Shown here piece by piece: positions 1-10,901 of a stretch of 64,000 nucleotides of DNA. The notes under the pieces were generated by a model, which was not told where the DNA came from, searched no databases, and was given only the letters and a program-made list of their open reading frames with translations. Position 1 is the stretch's first letter. Each line of letters starts with the position of its first letter. The position numbers were made by a program, and so were the translations under genes. The stretch is from Longimicrobiales bacterium (GTDB taxonomy: Bacteria > Gemmatimonadota > Gemmatimonadetes > Longimicrobiales > Gaopeijiaceae), in contig JAWLHJ010000006.1 of NCBI GenBank assembly GCA_041690395.1, positions 102,530 through 166,529 of the forward strand, read 5' to 3'.

Positions 1-1019
1 AGGAAGAACACCACCAGGTTCACGACGATGAGGAAGCCGAGCGCTCCTCCCGGGATGCCGGTCAGGGTGTGCTCGATCCAGATGTCGCCGTCGAAACCGC
101 GGAACACGAGCGCGAAGGCGGTGGAGCCTATGAGAAGGAAGACGACCATGATGGTCAGCCTGCTGGTCTCCTCCATGGCCGACGTGAGCGTCTTCATGTT
201 CAGCTGCCGATTCATGGCGGCGAGCACCATGGCCCCGACGGCGCCCAGCGCGCCGGCCTCCGTGGGCGTGGCCACGCCAGCGAAGATGCTCCCGAGCACC
301 ACGACGATCAGTGAGAGCGGCGGCAACAGCGAGAGGATCACCTGCTTCACGAGCGCCATGCCCGTCGTGCGCATCTCCGGCGGAAGCGCCGGAGCGACGT
401 CCTTGTCGAAGAACGCGAGGACGAGGACATAGAGCGCGTAAAGACCGGTGAGCACGAGGCCGGGCACGAGCGCCGCGCGGAACAGGTCCCCGACGCTGAC
501 GCCCATCTGGTCGCCCAGCACGATCAGCACGATCGACGGCGGGATGATCTGCCCGAGCGTGCCGGACGCCGAGATCACGCCGAGGCTGAGCTCCTTGTTG
601 TACCCGTTGCGGAGCATGACCGGCAGGGAGATGAGCCCCATCGCCGTGACGCTCGCCCCGACCACGCCGGTGGCGGCCGCCAGGAGGGCACCGACGATCA
701 CCACGCCGACGGCGAGGCCGCCGCGGAAGCGGCCGAACAACGCCCCGATGGTCTCGAGGAGCTGCTCCGCCAGCTTGCTCTTCTCCAGCACCGTGCCCAT
801 GAAGATGAAGAAAGGCACCGCGAGGAGCGTGTAGTTCGACATCGTCCCGAACGTCCGCTCCGGCATCGCGAAGAGGAAGAACAGGTCGAAGACACCGACG
901 AAGTGACCGATCAACGCGAACATGAGCGCCGATCCCCCCAGGACGAACGCCACCGGGTATCCGGTGAAGATCAGCCCCAGGGTCACGAAGAACATGGCCG
1001 GACCCCAGAGGTCGCTCAT
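1..1019 (-). CDS. dctM: TRAP transporter large permease (partial, runs off window start)
   Basis: Manual minus-strand translation from ATG 1019: MSDLWGPAMFFVTLGLIFTGYPVAFVLGG...LLAVPFFIFMG...SGTLGQIIPPSIVLIV...ATPTEAGALGA, which are DctM motifs. ATGA overlap with dctQ stop. Not in the ORF track because no stop lies inside the window. Confidence 0.92.
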   Translation of the reverse strand, partial: MSDLWGPAMFFVTLGLIFTGYPVAFVLGGSALMFALIGHFVGVFDLFFLFAMPERTFGTMSNYTLLAVPFFIFMGTVLEKSKLAEQLLETIGALFGRFRGGLAVGVVIVGALLAAATGVVGASVTAMGLISLPVMLRNGYNKELSLGVISASGTLGQIIPPSIVLIVLGDQMGVSVGDLFRAALVPGLVLTGLYALYVLVLAFFDKDVAPALPPEMRTTGMALVKQVILSLLPPLSLIVVVLGSIFAGVATPTEAGALGAVGAMVLAAMNRQLNMKTLTSAMEETSRLTIMVVFLLIGSTAFALVFRGFDGDIWIEHTLTGIPGGALGFLIVVNLVVFF

Positions 1020-1639
1020 GCGCGGCTTCCCTCGGCGGAGTCGTCGATGGGGGCGGCGGTGGCCTCGACTTCCGGCATCGGCCGGTGGCTGCCGTCGTAC
1101 GGCTCCATGGTCCCGCGCATGATCCCTACCTGCTTGATGATGTGGCTGAAGGCCTGGAGTATCAGCAGACCGAAGGAGACCAGGATGAGCGCCTTGATCG
1201 GATACCGTGGCAGCCCGCCCGGATCCGGCGACATCTCACGCACGGACCAGGAGTTCATCACGGGCGACCAGGAGACCCAGAGCATGAGAACGCAGAACGG
1301 CACGAGGTAGAGGACCGTCCCGACCAGGTCGATGATGGCGCGGGTCTTGTCGGTGTAGCGCGAGAACATGACGTCCACGCGCACATGCACGTCCTTGTTG
1401 AGCCCGTACGCCGCTCCCAGCAGGAAGATCACGCTGAAGGCGTACCACTGGCCTTCGACGAGAGGCGTCAGGTTCATGGACAGGCCGAGACCCCGGGAGT
1501 AGTACCGCAGCACCGCGCCGATGGCCCCGATGAGGACCATCACCAGCGTGAGCCAGCGGATCGTGACTCCGATCGCGTCGTTGAGGCCGTCGATGGCGGC
1601 GCTCATCCTTTTCAGAATTTGCATGCGCAGATTTTGCAT
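1016..1639 (-). CDS. dctQ: TRAP transporter small permease
   Basis: About 4 TM segments, LGAAYGL...HVRVD motif, adjacent to dctM. Confidence 0.9.
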   Translation of the reverse strand: MQNLRMQILKRMSAAIDGLNDAIGVTIRWLTLVMVLIGAIGAVLRYYSRGLGLSMNLTPLVEGQWYAFSVIFLLGAAYGLNKDVHVRVDVMFSRYTDKTRAIIDLVGTVLYLVPFCVLMLWVSWSPVMNSWSVREMSPDPGGLPRYPIKALILVSFGLLILQAFSHIIKQVGIMRGTMEPYDGSHRPMPEVEATAAPIDDSAEGSRA

Positions 1640-1670
1640 AAGGAGGGCGTCCGAGGCAACGGAAGCCGGG

Positions 1671-2540
1671 TCAGATTAGATATCCGCCATCCACCGGAAC
1701 GACCGCCCCGGTGACGTGGCGAGCGCCTTCGGAGCAGAGGAACACCACCACGTCGGCCACGTCCTGCGGGTCGCCGAGACGCCCCAGCACGGACTGCTCC
1801 CGAGCACGGTCGAGGTTCTCCGAGGGGATGCCCTCGGTGAGCCGCGTCGTCCGGATGTAGCCAGGAGCGACGGCGTTGACGTTGACGTTCTTCGGCCCGA
1901 GCTCGACCGCCGCCGAGCGCGTCAGGCCCAGGAGCCCGGCCTTGGAGGCCGAGTAGTTCGCGATGCCGAAGTCTCCCCGCATTCCGTGCACCGACGAGAC
2001 GTTGACGATCTTGCCGTACTCCTGAGCGCGGAAGATCGGCGCCACGGCGCGCGTGAAGAAGAAGGCGCCGTCGAGGTTGGTCCGGACCACCGCCTCCCAC
2101 TCGTGGTCCTGCATGTGCCAGAGCGCCCGGTCGCGGCCCACCCCGGCGTTGTTGACCAGGATGTGGACGCCTCCGAGCTCCACGTGCGCCTCCGATACGA
2201 ACTCGGCCACCTCGCGGGACTCGCGGACGTCGCAGTTGCGGAAGAAGACGCGGACCTCGAGCTCCCGGAGGGTGCGCGCCACGTCCTGCGCCTCGAGGCG
2301 CGAGACGGATCCGGTGTCCAGGAAGCAGAAGGCGACATGCACGCCGCGGCGGGCGAATGCGGTCGCGATCGCGCGGCCGATTCCGGACGATCCCCCGGTG
2401 ACGATCGCAACGCGTCCCCTCAAGCCGTCGGATGCGTACGCGGGCTGCGTCTGCGGGTCCCCGACTTCGTCGATGAGGGCCTCGACCGCGTCGTTGATCC
2501 GGGTGTCGTGGTCCGTGGTGGTGGTCTGGCGTTCGCTCAT
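1671..2540 (-). CDS. FabG-like short-chain dehydrogenase/reductase
   Basis: TGGSSGIG, NNAG, YSASK, NAVAPGYI, VDGG motifs; N-terminal extension of about 40 aa. Confidence 0.85.
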   Translation of the reverse strand: MSERQTTTTDHDTRINDAVEALIDEVGDPQTQPAYASDGLRGRVAIVTGGSSGIGRAIATAFARRGVHVAFCFLDTGSVSRLEAQDVARTLRELEVRVFFRNCDVRESREVAEFVSEAHVELGGVHILVNNAGVGRDRALWHMQDHEWEAVVRTNLDGAFFFTRAVAPIFRAQEYGKIVNVSSVHGMRGDFGIANYSASKAGLLGLTRSAAVELGPKNVNVNAVAPGYIRTTRLTEGIPSENLDRAREQSVLGRLGDPQDVADVVVFLCSEGARHVTGAVVPVDGGYLI

Positions 2541-2577
2541 GGGCAGAGAGGCTACCCCGGAAGCGGGAACGGCGCAA

Positions 2578-3294
2578 TCAGCCGTCCAGCGCGTCGTCCT
2601 CGTCGACGGGCCCGTGACTTCCCTCGGCCCCGTGCTTGATGGTCCGCCCCTCGACCAGGAAGACCACGTCCTCGGCGAGGTTGGTGGCCAGGTCGCCGAT
2701 GCGCTCCAGGTTCTGGGAGATCAACAGCAGCTCGAGCGCGCCCGACAGCCGCTTGGGATCCTCGAGCATGTGGGTCACCAGAATCCGGAACATGGAGCGC
2801 CTGAGGTCGTCGACCTTGTCGTCGGTGATGCAGACGAGACGCGCGGTTCCGGTGTTGCGCGCGACGTACGCCGCGAGGGCGTCCGACACCATCTCGCGGG
2901 TCACCTCGATCATCTCGGCGAGCTCGCGCACCTCGGGCACCGGCGGCGTCCCCGCGAGCCGCTTGGCGGCCTTGGAGATGTTGAGCGCGTGGTCGCCCAT
3001 GCGCTCGAGGTCGTTCGACAGCTTGTTGGCCGTGATGATCCGGCGGAGGTCGGTGGCCATCGGCTGGTGGAGGGCGAGGAGCTCGACGACCCGCTCGTCG
3101 ATCTCGATCTCCAGCTCGTCGATCCGGTCGTCGGTCTTCTTGACCCACTCGACCACGCTGGGATCCCGCTCGAGCGTGGCCTTCGTGGCCGCCGCGATGA
3201 CCTCCTCGACCAACCCGGCCATCTCCATGAGACGATCCTGGAGCGCGTCGAGCTGGTCGTGGAAATGTCTCTGGCTTGCGTGCTGGGCGCTCAA
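2578..3294 (-). CDS. phoU: Phosphate signalling complex protein PhoU
   Basis: DDRIDELE...QPMATDLR...LERMGDHA and DDKVD...[15 protein letters not shown] repeats. Start taken as TTG overlapping the pstB stop. Confidence 0.95.
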   Translation of the reverse strand: MSAQHASQRHFHDQLDALQDRLMEMAGLVEEVIAAATKATLERDPSVVEWVKKTDDRIDELEIEIDERVVELLALHQPMATDLRRIITANKLSNDLERMGDHALNISKAAKRLAGTPPVPEVRELAEMIEVTREMVSDALAAYVARNTGTARLVCITDDKVDDLRRSMFRILVTHMLEDPKRLSGALELLLISQNLERIGDLATNLAEDVVFLVEGRTIKHGAEGSHGPVDEDDALDG

Positions 3295-4073
3295 CCGAAC
3301 CTCCCCGTGATGTAAGCCTCGGTCTGCTCCTCCCGCGGATTCGTGAAGATCGTCTCCGTGGGCCCGTACTCGATGAGGTCTCCCATGTAGAGGAAGGCCG
3401 TGTAGTCCGAGATCCGGGCTGCCTGCTGCATGTTGTGGGTGACGATCACGATCGTGTAGTCCTTCTTGAGCTCGTAGATCAGCTCCTCGATGCGCTGCGT
3501 GGCGATCGGGTCGAGCGCCGAGGCGGGCTCGTCCATCAAGACCATCTCCGGCTTCACCGCCAAGGTACGGGCGATGCAGAGCCGCTGCTGCTGCCCGCCG
3601 GAGAGCGCATACGCGGAGTCGCCCAGCCTGTCGTGCACCTCCTCCCAAAGCGCGCTCTGCCGGAGCGACTCCTCCACGAGCGCGTCGAGGTCACCTTCGT
3701 AGCCGTTGATCCGCGGACCGAACGCCACGTTGTCGAAGATGCTCTTCGGGAACGGATTCGGCTTCTGGAAGACCATACCGATACGCCGCCGGACCTCGAC
3801 GGGGTCCACCTCCTCCGCGTAGAGGTTCTGACCTCGGAAGTTCACCTCACCCGACACGCGCGCGGCGGGCACGAGGTCGTTCATGCGGTTGAAGCAGCGG
3901 AGTAGCGTGCTCTTGCCGCATCCGGAGGGGCCGATGAGCGCCACCACCCGTTTGGACGGCACCACGAGCGAGACCTTCTTCACGGCCTCGTTGTCGCCGT
4001 AGTGGACGGAGACGTCCCGCGCCTCCAGCGCCGGGAGTCGGCCCTCCGTATCGATATCGTAGGTCGTGGACAT
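3291..4073 (-). CDS. pstB: Phosphate ABC transporter ATP-binding protein
   Basis: [46 protein letters not shown]. Confidence 0.97.
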   Translation of the reverse strand: MSTTYDIDTEGRLPALEARDVSVHYGDNEAVKKVSLVVPSKRVVALIGPSGCGKSTLLRCFNRMNDLVPAARVSGEVNFRGQNLYAEEVDPVEVRRRIGMVFQKPNPFPKSIFDNVAFGPRINGYEGDLDALVEESLRQSALWEEVHDRLGDSAYALSGGQQQRLCIARTLAVKPEMVLMDEPASALDPIATQRIEELIYELKKDYTIVIVTHNMQQAARISDYTAFLYMGDLIEYGPTETIFTNPREEQTEAYITGRFG

Positions 4074-4077
4074 GGTC

Positions 4078-4965
4078 TCAGCTACGTGTCTGGTATCGGT
4101 TCCGGAGGACGATGGCGATCGCGTTCATGGTGAGCAGCAGGACCAGCAGCACGACGATTCCGGCCGCGGCCAGCGCGCGGAACTCGTCCTGGGGCCGCGA
4201 CACCCAGTTGTAGATCTGGAGCGGGAGCACGGTGAATCGATCCATGGGCCCGGACGGCGTGAACGCGATGAAGCCCACCGCGCCGACCATGATGAGCGGG
4301 GCCGTCTCGCCCACGGCCCGGGAAAGCGCGAGGATCGTACCCGTCAGGATCCCGGGAAGCGCCATGGGGAGGACCTGGGTGCTGACGACCTGCCACCGTG
4401 TGGCACCGAGGCCGTACGCGGCCTCGCGGATCGTGCCGGGCACGGCCTTGATGGCCTCCTGGGCGGCCATGATGATGACCGGCATCACCAGGAGCGAAAG
4501 CGTCAGGGCCCCGGAGAGGACGCTCCGGTCGAAGCCGAGGAAACGGACGAAGAGCGCCAGTCCCAGGATGCCGTAGACGATGGAAGGCACCCCCGCCAGA
4601 TTCGCGATGTTGGTCTGGATGATGCGGGTGATCCAGTTCCGTGGAGCGTACTCCTCCAGATAGATGGCCGCCGCCACCGACATCGGGAACGAGATCAGAG
4701 CGGTCAGCACCAGGAGCCAGACCGAGCCGACCAGGGCGGCCTTGATGCCCGATCGCTCGGGAAGCCGCGAGGCGAACGACGTCAGGAAGTCGATGTCCAG
4801 CCTCGGCAGGCCGTCGAGCGCGACGTCCACCAGCAGCACCGCGAGCGAAACCACACCCACCATGGTCGCCGCGCCGCAGAGCACCGCGAAGACGGTGCCC
4901 ATCCGACGACGGCGGATGGACCTGGGGCTGGACGTGCTCATGAACGTCGGCTCGGGCGCGCTCAC
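4078..4965 (-). CDS. pstA: Phosphate ABC transporter permease PstA
   Basis: [41 protein letters not shown] start overlapping the pstC stop. Confidence 0.95.
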   Translation of the reverse strand: MSAPEPTFMSTSSPRSIRRRRMGTVFAVLCGAATMVGVVSLAVLLVDVALDGLPRLDIDFLTSFASRLPERSGIKAALVGSVWLLVLTALISFPMSVAAAIYLEEYAPRNWITRIIQTNIANLAGVPSIVYGILGLALFVRFLGFDRSVLSGALTLSLLVMPVIIMAAQEAIKAVPGTIREAAYGLGATRWQVVSTQVLPMALPGILTGTILALSRAVGETAPLIMVGAVGFIAFTPSGPMDRFTVLPLQIYNWVSRPQDEFRALAAAGIVVLLVLLLTMNAIAIVLRNRYQTRS

Positions 4966-5876
4966 TCGTACTCCTCGCGGAAGCGGGAGAGAACCCACTG
5001 GCTGAGGATGTTCATGGCCAGCGTGATCAGGAAGAGCGTCATGCCGACGGCGAAGAGGGTCTGGTAGACCACGGTTCCCCGCGGGGTGTCGCCCAGTGAA
5101 GCCTGTACGATGTAGGCGGTCATCGTCTGAATCGATTCGAACGGGTTCAGCGTCATGTTCGGCAGGTTACCCGCTGCGATGGTCACGGCCATCGTTTCAC
5201 CGATCGCCCGGGACACGGCCAGGATGAACGACGCGAAGATCCCGGACAGCGCGGCCGGCACGACCACGCGCGTCGCTACCTCGAGACGGGTCGCGCCGAG
5301 ACCGTAGGCCCCCTCCCGGAGCGCGTTGGGAACGGCCCGGAGTGCGTCTTCCGACAGCGAGGAGACGGTCGGGATGATCATGATCCCCACGACGATGCTC
5401 GCCGACGCCGCATTGAAGACGTCGGTCTCCGGGAAGAACGTCCTGATGACCGGAGTCACGAAGGTGAGCGCGAAGTACCCGTAGACGACGGTGGGAATCC
5501 CGGCGAGGATCTCGAGGACCGGCTTCAGGGTCTTCCGAAGACCCTGGCTCGCGTATTCGCTCAGGAAGATCGCGGTAAGCAGGCCGACCGGGAGCGCGAT
5601 CAGCGCCGCGCCCCCGGCCACCATGAACGAGCCGGCCAACAGCGGAAGCACGCCGAAGTGCTTCTCGAGGAACATGGGCTCCCACCGCGTGCCGGTGAAG
5701 AACTCCACGATCGAGACCTGCGAGAAGAAGTTCACGGTCTCACCGAGGAGCACGGCCACCACGCCGACCGTGACCAGCGTCGAGACCGCGGCGCACGCGA
5801 ACAGGCCGGCACCGATGACCCGCTCCTTGACGTTGCGGCTACGGCGGAAGCTGAGCGTCGCTCCCTCCTGACTCAC
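4962..5876 (-). CDS. pstC: Phosphate ABC transporter permease PstC
   Basis: [38 protein letters not shown]. Confidence 0.95.
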   Translation of the reverse strand: MSQEGATLSFRRSRNVKERVIGAGLFACAAVSTLVTVGVVAVLLGETVNFFSQVSIVEFFTGTRWEPMFLEKHFGVLPLLAGSFMVAGGAALIALPVGLLTAIFLSEYASQGLRKTLKPVLEILAGIPTVVYGYFALTFVTPVIRTFFPETDVFNAASASIVVGIMIIPTVSSLSEDALRAVPNALREGAYGLGATRLEVATRVVVPAALSGIFASFILAVSRAIGETMAVTIAAGNLPNMTLNPFESIQTMTAYIVQASLGDTPRGTVVYQTLFAVGMTLFLITLAMNILSQWVLSRFREEYE

Positions 5877-5928
5877 CTGTTCCACGCCATCCCGCACCCG
5901 TTCGATCCCGGCCAGTAGATGCTGGAGT

Positions 5929-6897
5929 TCAGCCGGCGGAGCCGGCCGCCTCACGAATCCGGGTCAGCTGGTCCTGATACTCGGCGGGCGTCAACGCATG
6001 GTAGCCGGTGGACGGCACGAGCTCGCTCGATTCCTGGAGGATGAACTCCACGAACGCCATGACCTCGGGGCGCTCGAGCGCGGAGTCGCGCACGTACATG
6101 TGGAGCGGGCGGGCCAGCGGCGTGTACGTCCCGGCCTCGATGGACTCGTCGGAGGGGAGGACGCACCCCGCGCCGCCGTCGACCGCCACGAGCTTGAGCG
6201 CGTCCTGGTTCTCGACGAAGTACGCGTAGCCGAAGTATCCGAGCGCGTACGAGTCACCGGTCACGCCCTGGACCAGGATGTTGTCGTCCTCGCTCGCCTG
6301 ATAGTCCGCGCGGCTGGCGCCGCCCTCACCGACGATCGTCTCGGTGAAGTAGTCGAAGGTCCCCGAGTCCGTGCCCGGCCCGTAGAGCTGGATCTCCTCG
6401 GCCGGCCACTCGGCCCGGACGTCCCGCCAGGTCGTCACCGTGCTTCCGGGCTCCCAGATGCGCCGGAGCTCGTCGACGGTGAGGCACTCCACGAAGTCGT
6501 TGGCCGGGTTCACGATGATGGAGAGCCCGTCCCAGCCCACGGTGAGCTCGGTGAAGGTGTACCCGGCGGCCCCGCACGCCGCGCGCTCGTCGTCGGCGAT
6601 GGGCCGCGATGCGTTCGTGAGATCGATCTCGCCGGCGCAGAAGCGCTGGAAGCCGCCACCGGTTCCGGAAACGCCGACGGTCACGCGGGCGTCGGGGTTG
6701 GCGAGCTGGAACTCCTCGGCGAGGGCCTCGGCCACGGGGAAGACCGTGCTTGATCCGTCGATGCGGATGTTCCCGGCGACGCCCCCGGCATCACCGCCGC
6801 TTCCGCCGCAGGCCGCGAACATGAGGGTGGTAGCTCCGCAGGTGAGCACGAGGCTGAGCTTCGACATTCGAATCCGTCCTGGAGAAGGAATCTTCAT
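5929..6897 (-). CDS. pstS: Phosphate-binding lipoprotein PstS
   Basis: Lipobox [38 protein letters not shown]. Confidence 0.95.
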   Translation of the reverse strand: MKIPSPGRIRMSKLSLVLTCGATTLMFAACGGSGGDAGGVAGNIRIDGSSTVFPVAEALAEEFQLANPDARVTVGVSGTGGGFQRFCAGEIDLTNASRPIADDERAACGAAGYTFTELTVGWDGLSIIVNPANDFVECLTVDELRRIWEPGSTVTTWRDVRAEWPAEEIQLYGPGTDSGTFDYFTETIVGEGGASRADYQASEDDNILVQGVTGDSYALGYFGYAYFVENQDALKLVAVDGGAGCVLPSDESIEAGTYTPLARPLHMYVRDSALERPEVMAFVEFILQESSELVPSTGYHALTPAEYQDQLTRIREAAGSAG

Positions 6898-6919
6898 GGG
6901 TGCTTCGGGTTGGCGGCTT

Positions 6920-6974
6920 ACTCTAAGGCGAATCGATGTCATTATGATAAACGACCTGTAACGAAACCGTAACG
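6920..6974 (-). promoter_or_regulatory. Pho-box-like 11-bp-period direct repeat plus -10-like hexamer upstream of pstS
   Basis: Minus strand CGTTACG-GTTT-CGTTACA (6974-6957). CATAAT lies 10 nt downstream and TAGAGT (6925-6920) 31 nt downstream. Confidence 0.7.
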
Positions 6975-7007
6975 CCAGACCGGGGCGCGGTGGGAATCCT
7001 TCCCGGA

Positions 7008-8750
7008 TCACGGGGATCCGGAGGACGACGACGCCGGCAACGTGAAGCGGACGGTCGTCCCGTGACCGAGCTCGCTCTCGGCCGACACATCCCCCCCCAT
7101 GGCGCCCACCAGGTGCTTCACGATCGCGAGGCCGAGGCCCGTACCGCCGGCGTCGCGCGCCCGCGAGGAGTCGGCCCTGTAGAAGCGCTCGAAGATCCGC
7201 GGGAGCGAGCGTGCCGGAATCCCCTCCCCGTCGTCGGACACCTCCACCGACACGAACCCTTCGCCCCCCGGTCCGATGGCGACGTGGACGTGACCGTCGG
7301 CCTCGGTATGGCGGATAGCGTTCTCGAAGAGGTTCCGAAACACCTGCACGAGCCCCTGGCGGTCGGCGACGGCCTCGGCCGCTCCTTCGATGTCGAAGTG
7401 GATGCTCCCGGCCTCGCGGGCCTCGTCGACCATGTCCCACGCCTCCGCGGCGAGCGCACCGACATCGACGGGCTCCGTCCCCGCCGTCCAACCACCGGAC
7501 TCCAGGCGGGACAGGTCCAGCAGGTCGTCCACGAGGTGTTGGAGCCTGAGCGTGTTGGACCGGATGGCCTCGAGGAAACGCCTCCGGATCTCGGCCGGCG
7601 GATCGTCCTCGACGAGCGCTTCGGCGTAGCCCCGGATCGACGTGAGCGGCGTCTTGAGCTCGTGCGACGCGTTGGCCACGAAGTCACGCCGGACCGCCTC
7701 GAGCCGCCTGACCTCGGTGATGTCGAGGAAGGTGGTCACCGCTCCGCCGCGGTCGAGGGTGCGCGAGGCGAGAAGGAGCTGACGCCCACCGAAGGCGACC
7801 TCCCGCGACTGCGAATCGACCTCGAGCGACGACTCGAGGGCCTCCCGCAACTCCCTCTGCCTCACGACCGCGCCGACGGGAGGGTGCGCCGTCATCTCCG
7901 GGATTCGGAGGAGATTGCGGGCCGTGCGGTTGATGCGCATGAGGCGTCCGTCCTCCGTCAGGGCGACCACCCCCTCCGCCATGCAGTCGATGAGCACCTG
8001 CATCTCGTCGCGCTCCTCGGCGAGCTCCCCCAGGCGGGCCCTCAGCTCGTCGCTGAGCCGGTTGAACGCGACGGCCACGTCCCGGAGCTCCGACACGGAT
8101 CCGGGGGGCACCCGGCCGGTGAAGTCGCCCTGAGCAAGCCGTCGCGCCCGGTCCGAAAGCGCGACCAGCGGTCGGGCGAAGACCCGGCTCAGCAGATACG
8201 CCGCGGCGAGCGCGACGACCATCGCGAGCAGGCCCGCGACGGCCACCGCCCGCTGGACCCGGTCCACGGCGCCGTCGATCTCGGAACGGGGCGCAGCGAT
8301 GCGGAGCACCATGGGCTCGCCGCCGAGCGTCGTGAGCGTCGCCCCGTAGAGGAGCGGCACGTTGACCGTGGTGCTGGTGCGCTCCGAGAAGTCCACCGGA
8401 CGGCCCTCGAGGACGCCCCGGATCTCGGGTCGCCCCCCGTGGTTCTCTATGCCGGCCAGCCCGCCCGCCCCGACATAGGATTCGCCGCGCACGACGCCGG
8501 CGGTGTCGATGAGCGTGACCCGGTAGCCGATCCGCTCGGTCATGGTACGCGCGAGGGAGTCGGCGTTCGCGGGCCCCGCCGTCTCCATGATGGCGGCCCC
8601 GAGCGCGAGCTGGCGCTCGAGCTCGGCCCGGAAGGTGGCCCGGAGCTCCCGGTTCAGGCCGGTCCCCACGAGCAGCAGGGTGAGAACCACGAGCAGCCCG
8701 ACGACCCCGAAGAACCCGAAGAAGAGCGCGTGATGGATGCGTAGGCGCAT
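7008..8750 (-). CDS. phoR: Phosphate regulon sensor histidine kinase (TM-HAMP-PAS-HisKA-HATPase)
   Basis: FVANASHELKTPLTSIRGYAE, NLFENAIRH, DDGEGI, FERFYRAD, GGTGLGLAIVKH; sits between phoB and pstS. Confidence 0.92.
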   Translation of the reverse strand: MRLRIHHALFFGFFGVVGLLVVLTLLLVGTGLNRELRATFRAELERQLALGAAIMETAGPANADSLARTMTERIGYRVTLIDTAGVVRGESYVGAGGLAGIENHGGRPEIRGVLEGRPVDFSERTSTTVNVPLLYGATLTTLGGEPMVLRIAAPRSEIDGAVDRVQRAVAVAGLLAMVVALAAAYLLSRVFARPLVALSDRARRLAQGDFTGRVPPGSVSELRDVAVAFNRLSDELRARLGELAEERDEMQVLIDCMAEGVVALTEDGRLMRINRTARNLLRIPEMTAHPPVGAVVRQRELREALESSLEVDSQSREVAFGGRQLLLASRTLDRGGAVTTFLDITEVRRLEAVRRDFVANASHELKTPLTSIRGYAEALVEDDPPAEIRRRFLEAIRSNTLRLQHLVDDLLDLSRLESGGWTAGTEPVDVGALAAEAWDMVDEAREAGSIHFDIEGAAEAVADRQGLVQVFRNLFENAIRHTEADGHVHVAIGPGGEGFVSVEVSDDGEGIPARSLPRIFERFYRADSSRARDAGGTGLGLAIVKHLVGAMGGDVSAESELGHGTTVRFTLPASSSSGSP

Positions 8751-8771
8751 GCGGGTCGGGGAGGGCCCCTC

Positions 8772-9533
8772 CTACTCCCTGCCTTCGGGGATCTTCAGCC
8801 GGTAGCCGAAGCCGCGGATCGTCTGGATCCAGTCGCCCACCTCGCCGAGCTTGCCGCGCAGCCGGCGCACGTGCATGTCGACGGTGCGCGTCTGGATGCG
8901 GTCGGACACGTCCGCCTCGACGTCCCAGGCCTTCTCGAGGAGCTGCTTGCGGCTCTGGGTCCGCCCCCTACGCTCCAGGAGCGCCTGGAGGAGCCGGAAC
9001 TCGGTCGGCGTGAGGCTCAGCTCCTCGCCGTCGAGCGACGCCTGGTGCGACGCGACGTCCATGCGGATGGGACCGGCCCGCAGCACCCGTCCACCGGACG
9101 TGATCCCGGCCTCCTGGACCCTACGCAGGATCGCCTGGACCCGGAGCACCAGCTCTCGCGGGCTGAACGGCTTCGTCAGGTAGTCGTCCGCGCCGAGCTC
9201 GAAGCCGCTGATGCGGTCTTCCTGCTCGCGCTTGGCGGTGAGCACCAGCACGGGGATATTCGACGTCGTCGGCTCGGACTTGAGCTGCTCGAGAACCGCA
9301 TCGCCACTGAGGCCCGGGAGCATGCGATCGAGCACCACCAGATCGGGGATCTCGCGACCGATGGCGTCGAGCCCTTCGGGACCGTTCCCCGCGGTCTCGA
9401 CCCGGAATCCTTCCCGGGTGAGCTGATAGGCGATCAACGCGGCGATATCCGGCTCGTCCTCGACGACGAGCACGCGGGGAACCGACGCGGATTTCGGGGA
9501 AGCGTCCATGGATTCTCTGGTCATCGTGGTCAT
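8772..9533 (-). CDS. phoB: OmpR-family response regulator PhoB
   Basis: VEDE, LDRMLPG, GADDYLTKPFSPREL, RTVDMHVRRLRGKL, TIRGFGY; genomic context. Confidence 0.92.
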   Translation of the reverse strand: MTTMTRESMDASPKSASVPRVLVVEDEPDIAALIAYQLTREGFRVETAGNGPEGLDAIGREIPDLVVLDRMLPGLSGDAVLEQLKSEPTTSNIPVLVLTAKREQEDRISGFELGADDYLTKPFSPRELVLRVQAILRRVQEAGITSGGRVLRAGPIRMDVASHQASLDGEELSLTPTEFRLLQALLERRGRTQSRKQLLEKAWDVEADVSDRIQTRTVDMHVRRLRGKLGEVGDWIQTIRGFGYRLKIPEGRE

Positions 9534-9588
9534 GGGGCTCTCACCGAGGACGCGACCCGGCCGGCCCCACCGCGGGATCCACCCGCGG

Positions 9589-10821
9589 TCAGCCCGCCCC
9601 GATCAGCGCCTCGAGCTCTCCTTCGGTCAAGGTGTGGTCCGTCTGCTTCGCCGCCTTGAAGATGCGGCTGGTGAGCTCCTCGTCGGTCGGGTCGTACCCG
9701 TGTTCGCGGAGCCAGTATTTCACGTTCGACAGCCCCGACATCGGGCCGATCTCGATGAGCTGCTTGCGCCCGACCATGGACGCGGGGATCGCCGAGTAGA
9801 TCCGGTCGGCGAGCCAGCTGTCGCCCTTCTCTTCCGCCTTGATGATCGCGGCCGCGTGCACTCCGGTACCCGTGCGGAAGGCGTCGTGACCCACCACGGG
9901 GTACGAGTGCACCAGCGGCACCTGGCACGCTTCGGCCGTCAGCTCGCAGTACTCCGGTAGCACCGTCAGGTCCGCGTCGTGAACCCCCAGGAGCTGGAGA
10001 TTGACGAGCAGGAGGTCCATCTCGGTGTTGCCGCACCGCTCCCCAATGCCGAGCGCTGTCCCGTGCACCCGCGTCGCCCCGGCCTCGATGGCCGCGAGCG
10101 CGTTCGCGAGCCCGAAGCCCCGGTCGCGGTGCCCGTGCCAGTCGACCTCCACGTCCTCGCCCGATGGCTTCACGATCTCTTCGATGACGAAGCGAACGAG
10201 TGACCGAGTGCCTTCGGGGGTGGCGTGCCCGACCGTGTCCGCGATGCAGAGCCGCTTCGCTCCCCATTCGATCGCCTTGCCGTAGAGCGCCTTCAGGACC
10301 TCGGGATTGGCACGAGTGGTGTCCTCCGTGACCATCATCACGGGAAGCCCCTCGCGCACGGCGAAGGTCACCGCTTCCTCGCTGGTCTTCAGCATGCGGT
10401 CGAGCGTCCAGTTCTCGGCGTACTGCCGGATGGGCGAGCTCCCGATGAAGGTGCACGCCTCGATCGGGATGCCGATCTCCTGGCTGATCTCGACGATGGG
10501 CCGGACGTCCTGGACCACGGTTCGAGCCGCGCAGTTGGGCCGGATGGCGAGCTTCGCGTCGACGATCTCCCGCGCCAGCACCGTGACCGCTTCGACCGCC
10601 CTCGGCCCCGCGCCGGGCAAGCCGATGTCCGCCGTGTGGATGCCGAGCTGGTCCATCATGTGGAGCAGCCGGACCTTGTCCTCCAGGGGCGGATCGACCA
10701 CCGACGGATTCTGGAGGCCGTCGCGCAGCGTCTCGTCGTCCAGCTCCACCTTCTCGACGGCCGACCAGTCGAAGGTGTCCCCGACGTCGTTCCAGTCGTA
10801 GATGAGTTCCCGCTCTTCCAT
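9589..10821 (-). CDS. LeuA/2-isopropylmalate synthase family (DRE-TIM) enzyme lacking the C-terminal regulatory domain
   Basis: DETLRDGLQ, ADTVG, HGHRDRG, GIGERCGN, GVHAAAI; about 410 aa. Confidence 0.85.
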   Translation of the reverse strand: MEERELIYDWNDVGDTFDWSAVEKVELDDETLRDGLQNPSVVDPPLEDKVRLLHMMDQLGIHTADIGLPGAGPRAVEAVTVLAREIVDAKLAIRPNCAARTVVQDVRPIVEISQEIGIPIEACTFIGSSPIRQYAENWTLDRMLKTSEEAVTFAVREGLPVMMVTEDTTRANPEVLKALYGKAIEWGAKRLCIADTVGHATPEGTRSLVRFVIEEIVKPSGEDVEVDWHGHRDRGFGLANALAAIEAGATRVHGTALGIGERCGNTEMDLLLVNLQLLGVHDADLTVLPEYCELTAEACQVPLVHSYPVVGHDAFRTGTGVHAAAIIKAEEKGDSWLADRIYSAIPASMVGRKQLIEIGPMSGLSNVKYWLREHGYDPTDEELTSRIFKAAKQTDHTLTEGELEALIGAG

Positions 10822-10901
10822 GCTCGCCCTCGACAGCGTCCGTGGTCTGGAGTCCAGGAACAAACATAGAGATGCGGGCGCGGCGGGTCACCGTCGTCGC
10901 C

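Noticed and set aside
6898..7491. N-terminal extensions in the ORF track (pstS 520 aa, phoU 356 aa, lipoprotein 773 aa, SIMPL 631 aa, rho 544 aa)
   Set aside because: The extensions overlap neighbouring genes or promoters. Signal peptides, RBSs and overlaps support later starts, so these are not fusions.
6990..8744. 584-aa plus-strand ORF and many similar long antisense or shifted ORFs (e.g. 11581-13521, 35284-37071, 45178-47811, 61837-63999)
   Set aside because: Shadow ORFs of high-GC coding genes. They are Arg/Gly/Pro-rich, have no motifs, and fully overlap well-supported genes.
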